NCBI GenBank assembly: GCA_964639885.1
Contig: CAZXEH010000002.1
Coordinates: 88,425-152,424 of the forward strand
DNA length: 64,000 nt
From: an uncultured Caldisericales bacterium
GTDB lineage: Bacteria > Caldisericota > Caldisericia > JAAYUI01
Direction of reading: 5' to 3'
Part shown: positions 56,466 through 64,000 of the stretch, piece after piece
How the letters are laid out: each line of letters begins with the position of its first letter
How positions within the stretch are numbered: the first letter of the stretch is position 1
Program-made: the position numbers and the translations under genes
The notes under the pieces: generated by a model
Told to the model about the DNA's origin: nothing
Seen by the model: the letters and a program-made list of their open reading frames with translations, nothing else
Database searches by the model: none

Positions 56466-59039
56466 ATGTCATTTTTATCAGGTATTTTCGATTCTTCAGA
56501 GAGATTTCTGAAGGGTAAACAAGGGTTTGTCTCACGCATCAACGCACTTGAGCCAGAATACGAGAAATTCACAGACGACCAGATAAAAGCCGAAATCAAC
56601 AAATTCAGGGAAGAGATCAAGAATGGTGCTAAACTTGATGATTATCTTGTCGAATCGTTTGCGATAACACGCGAGGCGGCAAAGAGAGTTCTTGGCCAGC
56701 GTCATTTCGATGTCCAGCTTCTGGGCGGTATGGCTCTCCATTACAACAAAATATCCGAAATGAAAACCGGTGAGGGCAAAACGCTCACCGCCACATTGCC
56801 GGCAGTACTCAACAGTCTTGATGGCCAGGGTGTCCACGTCGTAACCGTAAACGATTATCTGGCAAAACGTGACGCCGAATGGATGGGGAAAATCTACAAT
56901 TTCCTTGGTCTCACCGTCGGCTGCATCCACCATGAGGCAAGCTACGAGGACAGAAGGAAATCCTACTGGTCTGACATCACTTATGGAACCAACAACGAAT
57001 TCGGCTTTGACTACCTCAGGGACAACATGGCCGTGCATCCGTCACAATTGGTGCAAAGGGTTCTCAACTATGCAATCGTTGACGAGGTTGATTCAATTCT
57101 CATCGATGAAGCCAGAACACCACTCATCATCTCTGGCCCAGCCGAGGAATCGACAGAGCTCTACGGCATCGCTGCAAAGGCAGTGAAAAAACTAGGTGAA
57201 GAGGATTACGTCGTCGACGAAAAGGACAGGAACGTAACGCTTACCGAAAAAGGTGTTGCCAGGGTTGAAAGCATCCTCAGCATCTCCAACCTCTACGGCC
57301 CCGAAAACGTTGAAACCGCAAGGCACATTGCTGCCTCACTGAAAGCTCACCACCTGTTCAAAAACGACGTTGATTACATCGTTAAAGATGACGAGATAAT
57401 TATCGTTGACGAGTTCACAGGCAGGCTTATGTACGGCCGACGCTACAGCGACGGTCTGCACCAGGCAATCGAGGCCAAGGAAGGCATCTCGGTAAAGCAG
57501 GAAAACCAGACACTGGCAACAATCACCTTCCAGAATTACTTCCGACTCTACAACAAGATCGCAGGCATGACCGGTACAGCAAAGACCGAAGAAAACGAGT
57601 TCAGGGAAATCTACGGACTTGAAGTGGTCGTGGTTCCAACAAACCGACCAATGGCCAGAAAAGACCACTCTGATATCGTGTGGAAAAACGAAAAAATCAA
57701 ATTCGAGAAGATCATTGATGAAATCGTGGATTGCCACAAGATCGGCCAGCCGGTTCTCGTGGGAACAAGATCGATTGAAAAATCAGAGATGCTCTCACGT
57801 GCGCTCCTGAAAAAGAATATCCCGCACGAAGTCCTGAACGCCAAGTACCACGAGAAGGAAGCCACAATCATCGCCAAAGCCGGCGAAGTCAACGCTGTCA
57901 CGATCGCCACCAACATGGCTGGCCGTGGTGTTGACATCGTGCTTGCACCAGGCGTAAAGGAACTCGGTGGTCTTCACATTATCGGTACTGAGCGACATGA
58001 ATCCCGCCGAATTGACAACCAGCTCCGCGGCCGTTCAGGTCGTCAGGGTGACCCGGGATCGACAAGATTCCATCTGGCTCTCGATGACGAGCTTCTGAGA
58101 ATTTTCGGTGGCGAAAGATTGCAGGGGATGTTCAGCTTCCTCAAGATAGAAGATGATGTTCCCCTTGAACACCCGCTTCTCACCAGAACGATTGAAAATT
58201 CACAGAAAAAGGTTGAGAGCAGAAACTTCGACATCAGAAAATACGTTCTCGAATACGACGACGTACTCAACAAACAGCGCGAGGTCATCTACAACGAACG
58301 CAGGCGAGTTCTTGACGGAGAGAACCTCAGGGAAACAACCGTCAAAAACATTGGCGAGTCGGTAAAGCAGCTTTGCGATGTCCATTGTCCGGCAAGCCTG
58401 CCGCCAGATGAATGGAACCTGAACATGCTCATGGCAGAGGTAATGGATTTCACTGCCGGAGCGGTCAAAACTGTCGATTACAGGAACCGTGAGGATTTGG
58501 TAAAAAATCTCATTGATGCCAGCCTCAACGCCTACAACGAGAGAGAACAGCGTTTCGGTGAAGAAACCATGCGTGAAATCGAGCGTTTTGTACTCCTTCA
58601 TGTTGTCGACCAGAAGTGGAAAGACCACCTCTACAACATGGACAACCTCAGGGAAGGCATCCATCTGAGAAGCTTCGCCCAGAAGAACCCGCTTCAGGAA
58701 TACCAGCAGGAAGGGTTTGCAATGTTCAACAACATGCTTGCCTCAATCTGGGAAGAGACAGCAAAACTGCTGTTCAGGGTTGAACTTCAGGCCAACACTC
58801 CACCTCCTCCACCGAGAAACGTAGGCAAGACAAACGAGAACTCGATCAAGGAATCGCAGAAGCTCAGCGAACTACCGCCTGATGAGCAGGATGACGGATA
58901 TTCAAAAGCCAGACCAACCGAATCCGGACACGCTTCAAACGCTCCGATGGTAAGAAACCAGCCGAAGGTTGGCAGGAACGATCCTTGCCCATGCGGTTCA
59001 GGCAAAAAATACAAAAACTGTTGCGGGAGGAATGAGTGA
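56466..59039 (+). CDS. secA: Preprotein translocase ATPase SecA
   Basis: EMKTGEGKT, IVDEVDS, ATNMAGRG, GRNDPCPCGSGKKYKNCCG. Confidence 0.98.
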   Translation: MSFLSGIFDSSERFLKGKQGFVSRINALEPEYEKFTDDQIKAEINKFREEIKNGAKLDDYLVESFAITREAAKRVLGQRHFDVQLLGGMALHYNKISEMKTGEGKTLTATLPAVLNSLDGQGVHVVTVNDYLAKRDAEWMGKIYNFLGLTVGCIHHEASYEDRRKSYWSDITYGTNNEFGFDYLRDNMAVHPSQLVQRVLNYAIVDEVDSILIDEARTPLIISGPAEESTELYGIAAKAVKKLGEEDYVVDEKDRNVTLTEKGVARVESILSISNLYGPENVETARHIAASLKAHHLFKNDVDYIVKDDEIIIVDEFTGRLMYGRRYSDGLHQAIEAKEGISVKQENQTLATITFQNYFRLYNKIAGMTGTAKTEENEFREIYGLEVVVVPTNRPMARKDHSDIVWKNEKIKFEKIIDEIVDCHKIGQPVLVGTRSIEKSEMLSRALLKKNIPHEVLNAKYHEKEATIIAKAGEVNAVTIATNMAGRGVDIVLAPGVKELGGLHIIGTERHESRRIDNQLRGRSGRQGDPGSTRFHLALDDELLRIFGGERLQGMFSFLKIEDDVPLEHPLLTRTIENSQKKVESRNFDIRKYVLEYDDVLNKQREVIYNERRRVLDGENLRETTVKNIGESVKQLCDVHCPASLPPDEWNLNMLMAEVMDFTAGAVKTVDYRNREDLVKNLIDASLNAYNEREQRFGEETMREIERFVLLHVVDQKWKDHLYNMDNLREGIHLRSFAQKNPLQEYQQEGFAMFNNMLASIWEETAKLLFRVELQANTPPPPPRNVGKTNENSIKESQKLSELPPDEQDDGYSKARPTESGHASNAPMVRNQPKVGRNDPCPCGSGKKYKNCCGRNE

Positions 59040-60145
59040 CAAAATTCAAGACAGTGATTGTGGCAATCGCAATTGTGGCCTTCCTCGGCTACTGCGTGTG
59101 GCTCTCTCCGAACCTCTTCGGAAACCGCATAAAAAGCGAAATGATTGCCGATTCACTCTTGAAATATGATCAGGGAGCCGGTGTTTATCTGGCATCTAAG
59201 GACGACAACTCAAAGGTTTTCTTTGGGCAGTCCGGAAAATACAGATTCTACGGCACCGGCGCACTCACACTCAAAGCCTCTCCAAAAGAAGGTGTTACCA
59301 ATTTTGGAAGCGGTTTCAACCTCCTCATTGAAGGTGGAAATCTCGAACTTAAAGCCGGTCAGGCAGATATCCTGACCGGTTCTGTCTCACCAAACGGCCA
59401 GTTCCTGGCGCTGATGAACATCAATGGAATCTTATCAATTTTCGAAATATCCAGTGGAAAGCAAACATACGAGTCCAAAGAAAATTTCGTCCACTACAAT
59501 CCCATCGGTGGGAGCACTGTCGAGTTCCCAGGTTTTTACTGGACCGATCAGGGATTGATTGTTCAAAAATATAAAGACTCGGCAATGGTTGACAGTGGAT
59601 CAGAAATTCTCGGAACATACGATATGATAACCAACACGTGGACTTCAAACAAAGAAATTGTACCTATGATTGTCTCGATTGAGCCAACAACGGGAAATGA
59701 AAATGAAATCCCAATAGAAAACAAGGAAATAGAATTAAGAAATATTTTTGGCACAATAGATTCAGATAATCTGTTGATAACTTTTTCTTCTAGCAATAAA
59801 GATATGTCAAGTGACATTGGCAAATTCAATGTCAGCACATCTGAAACAACCAAGATGGAAAACATTCAATTTCCAACGATTGGTTTCCATGACAATTCAG
59901 CCTTTTTCTTAAAAGATCATACACTCGTCTACTCAAAAATCACAGCAAAGTCGGCATCGGCTCCGGTTGCGGTAAAGCTCCCAGAGCTTGAAGGCGAGCA
60001 ACTCACGCCTGAACTGATTGAAAACCTCAGGGTTACATCAAAAGGTTATCTCCATTTCAGGCACATCAAAACCGCAAAAACATACCTCCTCGACCCGATT
60101 TCGGGAGTTTATGTCGAAATCCCCAAAGAAAGGTACCCCTACTAA
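59036..60145 (+). CDS. Membrane-anchored hypothetical protein, possibly beta-propeller
   Basis: N-terminal hydrophobic anchor, SVSPNGQFLAL; overlaps secA stop and prfB start. Confidence 0.6.
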   Translation: MTKFKTVIVAIAIVAFLGYCVWLSPNLFGNRIKSEMIADSLLKYDQGAGVYLASKDDNSKVFFGQSGKYRFYGTGALTLKASPKEGVTNFGSGFNLLIEGGNLELKAGQADILTGSVSPNGQFLALMNINGILSIFEISSGKQTYESKENFVHYNPIGGSTVEFPGFYWTDQGLIVQKYKDSAMVDSGSEILGTYDMITNTWTSNKEIVPMIVSIEPTTGNENEIPIENKEIELRNIFGTIDSDNLLITFSSSNKDMSSDIGKFNVSTSETTKMENIQFPTIGFHDNSAFFLKDHTLVYSKITAKSASAPVAVKLPELEGEQLTPELIENLRVTSKGYLHFRHIKTAKTYLLDPISGVYVEIPKERYPY

Positions 60146-61237
60146 TGCTTCTTGACGATTTGATTCGCAGTCTGGATGAGCTTAAGCTCCGCTTCACCCA
60201 GGCGAAGGAGTTTCTTTGACCCTTCAAGGGTAGAGAAAGAAAAAATACAGACTGAAACACAAAAGCCAGAGGTTTGGAGTGACCAGGAAAAATTCAAGGA
60301 ATTGAACAAAAAGCTGGCCATTCTTGACGAAAGGCTCAACGCTCTGGAAGAAGTAAAAAAGTCGCTCGATGATTCCGATGTTCTTGTCGAGTTTGCCCAG
60401 GGCGATGAAACCCAGATTCCGGATTTGCAGGAATCGATCAGGGATATTGCAAAAAAGCTTGATGACATCGAGATTAAAAACCTGCTTTCAGGCAAGAACG
60501 ACCAGCTCAACTGCTTCCTCAGTTTCAGCTCAGGCGCAGGTGGCGTCGATGCCCAGGACTGGACAGAGATGCTTATGAGAATGTACACAAGATGGGCAAC
60601 AGAGCATAATTTCAAGGTTACAATCGAGGAATACTCACCTGGCGATGAAGCCGGCGTGAAATCCGCAACACTGAAAATCGACGGCAACTACGCTTTCGGA
60701 TTCTTGAAAAGTGAAAAGGGCGTTCACAGACTGGTTAGAATCTCGCCATTTGACGCAAACCACAGAAGGCACACCTCCTTCTCGCTGGTCGAGGTCTTAC
60801 CAGAACTGCCACCTGCAGAAGAAATTCAGATCAATCCTGACGACATCAGGGTTGACACCTTCAACGCATCCGGCCACGGTGGACAAAACGTCCAGAAAAA
60901 CGACACAGCCGTAAGGGTTACACACTACCCAACCGGTCTAGTCGTAGCCTGCCAGAATGAGCGTTCGCAGGGCTTGAATCGCGCAATGGCAATGAAAATC
61001 CTCTCGGCAAGACTGCAAGCGCTTCAGGATGAGCAGATTGCCGATGAAGAAAAAAAGATGCGTGGGCCAAGGGTTTCAATCGAATGGGGCAACCAGATAA
61101 GATCATACGTTCTTCAGCCTTATACACTTGTCAAAGATAACCGGACAAACATCGAAGTCGGCAACGCCAACAAAGTCCTTGAAGGCGATCTGGACGAGTT
61201 CATCTGGGGTTACCTGAAGGCACAGCTGAAAAAGTAA
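60145..61237 (+). CDS. prfB: Peptide chain release factor 2, with programmed +1 frameshift
   Basis: ATG 60145 (TAATG overlap), 24 codons ending CTT then TGA-C; +1 frame continues DPSRVEK...; SPF and GGQ motifs. Confidence 0.96.
60205..60220 (+). promoter_or_regulatory. prfB +1 frameshift site
   Basis: AAGGAG-TTT-CTT-TGA-C matches the canonical internal SD plus CTT TGA C. Confidence 0.93.
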
Positions 61238-61277
61238 TTCTTGTCTAGGACGCCCGATTCAGATAGAATTGTTCCAA

Positions 61278-63128
61278 ATGGAAGCAAGAAGCTTTATTGT
61301 CGGCACTGCCGGACACGTTGACCATGGAAAATCAACCCTTGTAACAAAGATTTCCGGGATTGATCCTGACAGGCTGCCAGAGGAAAAAGAGAGGCAGATG
61401 ACCATCGAGCTGGGCTTCGCTCCGCTCAAGCTGCCTTCTGGCCGAAAATGCGGCATTGTCGATGTCCCAGGCCATGAAAAACTGGTCAGGCAGATGCTCA
61501 TGGGCGCCCAGGGATTTGACCTCGTCATGTTCACGGTTGCCTGTGATGAGGGGCCAAAAGTTCAGACAGAAGAGCACCTGGCTATTCTCAACCAACTCAA
61601 TCTCAAGCTTGGAATCGTCGTTTTGACAAAGTGCGACCTGCCACACGACGACGCCGAGTTACAATCAAAAGTTGACAGGCTAGTAGTCAACTCATTTCTG
61701 GAAAATGCGCCAAGAATCAAGGTTTCCGCTTTCACTGGCGAGGGCATTGACAAGCTGCTGTTGAAAATCGATGAAATGCTCGATCATTCCGAACCAAGAC
61801 CACTGAACATGCCCGCCTTTTACCCGATTGACAGGGCATTTGCTGTAAAAGGATTCGGAGTTGTGACCACCGGAACGCTCTGGCAAGGGTCGATCGCCAA
61901 AGGTTCGGAACTCGAAATCTTCCCAACACGAAAACTCGGAAAAGTGAGAAGAATTGAACTCTTCGATGCCGAAACCGACACAGGACTGGCAGGGTCAAGA
62001 CTTGCAATCAATTTTCCAAACATGGAAAAGGCTGACCTTGACCATGGATACATAGCAGCAACCCCGAAAAAATTTGATGCCACCTCAGTGATTGATGCAA
62101 AAGTTCAGTTGGTCAAGAATGTCAAACGCAAGACGAGACTGAAATTCCACTACGCAACGATCGTTCAGGAAGTCGATTACATTGACCATGGAGACGGCTT
62201 CGCGAGAATCCATCTTGAATCACCGCTTCCAATGACCCGGGGGGCAAGGTTCATCCTCAGGTCAATCGCTCCGGCGGATACGGTTGGCGGCGGAAACGTG
62301 CTTGATGTCGAACCGACACAAAAACCTCAGCACCAGGAAACCATCGACAGGCTCAAACAAATCGATGCCTGCACAGATGAGGACTACCTCAAGGTCAGGA
62401 TCACCGAAACCGGGCAAAACGGCTTTGAAATTGGCAAGCTGAGGTTTCTGGTCAACTGGCCGGATGACCGGTATGAAAAATTTCTGAAGGATGCAGCGAT
62501 CATCAAAATCGGTTACAGAATGGTTTCAGCTTCGGTTCTGAAATCAATCACAGACAAACTCGCGGCAGACATCACCAGATTCTTCAAAGACAACTCCGAC
62601 AGAACCACGCTTTCCAAGGCTGAGGCCAGATCAAGGCTTGCACCTGAAATGCCGGAAGACATCTTCTCGTCGGTAATTGAAAACGCTGTCAAAGAGCCAC
62701 TAAAAAAAGTTGGAAATGACATTGTTTCAGGCTCATCAGTCACACAAAACCCAATTGAACAGGCTGTCGTTGCAATGCTCAAGCACGAAATCCTTCAACC
62801 ACCGTCACTTACAGAGATTCGCCAAAGCTCGAGATTCGCAAACAGCAGGCGAGAGCTTGAATCAGTCCTGTCAAAACTGATTTCAGAAAAGCAGTTGTTG
62901 CGCGGCGACCAGGATTTGTACTTCCACAAGGATGCAGTCGAAGTTGCATTTCAGATCGTGAAAAAATACATCGCCAAAGAGGGTTCGATCAAGCTCGCAC
63001 AGTTCAGGGACGAGATAAAAGCATCCAGAAAATATGCACAGGCGATGCTTGAGTTGCTGGATTTGCTTGGCTTAACCCGCAGAAACGGTGATGTGAGACA
63101 GCTAGGGTCGAAGGGAATGGACAAATAA
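61278..63128 (+). CDS. selB: Selenocysteine-specific elongation factor
   Basis: GTAGHVDHGKST, DVPGHEK, C-terminal winged helices with SRKYA..LLE..D; upstream of tRNA-Sec. Confidence 0.96.
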   Translation: MEARSFIVGTAGHVDHGKSTLVTKISGIDPDRLPEEKERQMTIELGFAPLKLPSGRKCGIVDVPGHEKLVRQMLMGAQGFDLVMFTVACDEGPKVQTEEHLAILNQLNLKLGIVVLTKCDLPHDDAELQSKVDRLVVNSFLENAPRIKVSAFTGEGIDKLLLKIDEMLDHSEPRPLNMPAFYPIDRAFAVKGFGVVTTGTLWQGSIAKGSELEIFPTRKLGKVRRIELFDAETDTGLAGSRLAINFPNMEKADLDHGYIAATPKKFDATSVIDAKVQLVKNVKRKTRLKFHYATIVQEVDYIDHGDGFARIHLESPLPMTRGARFILRSIAPADTVGGGNVLDVEPTQKPQHQETIDRLKQIDACTDEDYLKVRITETGQNGFEIGKLRFLVNWPDDRYEKFLKDAAIIKIGYRMVSASVLKSITDKLAADITRFFKDNSDRTTLSKAEARSRLAPEMPEDIFSSVIENAVKEPLKKVGNDIVSGSSVTQNPIEQAVVAMLKHEILQPPSLTEIRQSSRFANSRRELESVLSKLISEKQLLRGDQDLYFHKDAVEVAFQIVKKYIAKEGSIKLAQFRDEIKASRKYAQAMLELLDLLGLTRRNGDVRQLGSKGMDK

Positions 63129-63148
63129 TACTGCGTTGCATGTTTTCT

Positions 63149-63640
63149 GGGGTGGTTGGCTCCCTTTGTTGTGAGCTGCTCCTGGAAATTTATCCATACC
63201 TTTAGACAATCTTTCAAAAAAAGAATAAGAGAAGATTTTAGGATTATTTTTTCTTGAATGACAATATAAAAATCAAGATTTATAGTACATTTTTCAGCTT
63301 GTGAAGGGGGTGGTTGGGCTCCCTTTGTTGTGTGCCGCTCCTGATCTTTCCATATTTTTGGAATCCTTCAAAAATAAGAATTAAAGTAAATTGAGGGGTA
63401 TACCTTTCATTATCGGCAGATGAAAGAGTCAATGCTTTGTAGTACATTTTTCAGCTCGTGACGGGGGTGGTTGGGCTCCATTTGTTGTGTGCTGCTCCTG
63501 GATTTATCCATATCTTAAAGCAAACCATAATAAACTATGAATAATAGTAGACTGTAAGGTTAACTCTTCTTTGATCGTCACTTGACAAATCGAGGCTTTG
63601 TAGTACATTTTTCAGCTCGTGACGGGGGTGGTTGGGCTCT
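63149..63640 (+). repeat. Degenerate tandem repeat (~157-161 bp period); three copies of a tRNA-Sec 5'-half-like core before the real selC
   Basis: GGGGTGGTTGG(G)CTC starts at 63149, 63307, 63464, 63625; TAGTACATTTTTCAGCT at 63283, 63440, 63601; TTTGTTGTG..C.GCTCCTG in copies 1-3. Confidence 0.9.
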
Positions 63641-63715
63641 GGTGGGCCTCCTGGACTTCAAATCCAGTGTGTGGTGAACTCCACGGGTAGGTTCGATTCC
63701 TATGCGCCCCCGCCA
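63624..63715 (+). tRNA. selC: tRNA-Sec (TCA)
   Basis: 6-bp D-stem GGGCTC/GGGCCT with TGGT loop, CTGGA-CTTCAAA-TCCAG, long variable arm, GTTCGATTCC, G discriminator, CCA. Confidence 0.96.
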
Positions 63716-63725
63716 AAGGAGAAAA

Positions 63726-64000
63726 ATGAACTTCGTAGTGATTGGATCGGGCAGGGTTGGTTCCCAGCTGGCAACAATTCTCAGCGCTGATGGCCACAAT
63801 GTGACCATAGTAGATTCAAATCCGGACAACTTCAACATACTTCCCAGCACATTTTCAGGCAAAAAGGTTACCGGCATTGAGTTTGACGTTGAGGTTCTCA
63901 AGGAAGCTGAGGTTGGTTCCGCCGATGGTGTAGCAGTTGTAACACCAAACGACAACACTAACATCATGGTTGCTGAAACGATAAGGCAAATCTTCGGGGT
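63726..64000 (+). CDS. trkA: TrkA-family RCK/NAD-binding K+ uptake regulator (5' part)
   Basis: Not in ORF track; MNFVVIGSGRVGSQLA...GHNVTIVD...VTPNDNTNIMVA; AAGGAG SD. Confidence 0.88.
   Translation, partial: MNFVVIGSGRVGSQLATILSADGHNVTIVDSNPDNFNILPSTFSGKKVTGIEFDVEVLKEAEVGSADGVAVVTPNDNTNIMVAETIRQIFG

Noticed and set aside
60142-60687. Track start of prfB at 60176 and the antisense ORF 60142..60687
   Set aside because: The real gene starts at ATG 60145 and uses the CTT-TGA-C frameshift; the antisense ORF is a shadow.
63190-63512. DnaA boxes/oriC (TTATCCATA at 63190 and 63504 in AT-rich DNA)
   Set aside because: Only two one-mismatch boxes, explained as anticodon-stem remnants of the repeats; no dnaA nearby.
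63149-63640. CRISPR array
   Set aside because: The conserved core is about 70 bp, degenerate and tRNA-derived; spacers 1 and 2 resemble each other; no cas genes are present.
1-64000. Further in-frame UGA selenoprotein candidates
   Set aside because: The other TGA-ending genes I checked overlap or closely precede the next gene, or hit a stop soon after; none shows a Cys-motif context.

Overview
This is a dense bacterial housekeeping region. It probably comes from an anaerobe of a deep-branching lineage; the stalk-domain surface protein suggests Caldisericota or Firmicutes (inference only). 1-15.1 kb (minus): one transcription unit joins an 11-subunit complex I (nuoABCDHIJKLMN, no nuoEFG) to an F-type ATP synthase with N-ATPase-like parts (atpQ-atpR-atpB-atpE-atpF/delta-atpA-atpG-atpD). 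15.2-38.2 kb (minus): 17 almost all abutting or overlapping genes, including ABC-F, recG, uppP, alr, pmbA, tldD, an MglA-like GTPase, DUF4388, mutS2, polX, pheT, pheS and a radical SAM protein. This run hides a secreted selenoprotein that the ORF track splits at an in-frame UGA (UxxC motif plus SECIS-like hairpin). 38-55 kb: two tandem Roadblock/LC7 genes (one with a long hierarchical repeat), a PLP-dependent acyltransferase, tRNA(CAT), rnhA, rho, asparaginase, AlaX, a CDF transporter, rrf2-FeS-hcp, tRNA-Asn and a response regulator. 55-64 kb (plus): hpf, secA, frameshifted prfB, selB, three degenerate ~157-161 bp repeats resembling the 5' half of tRNA-Sec, intact selC, and the start of trkA. 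No CRISPR array, transposase or integrase was seen. The strongest leads are the hidden selenoprotein, the tRNA-Sec-like repeat array, the Roadblock repeat protein with a dispersed GTPase module, and several apparently leaderless genes.
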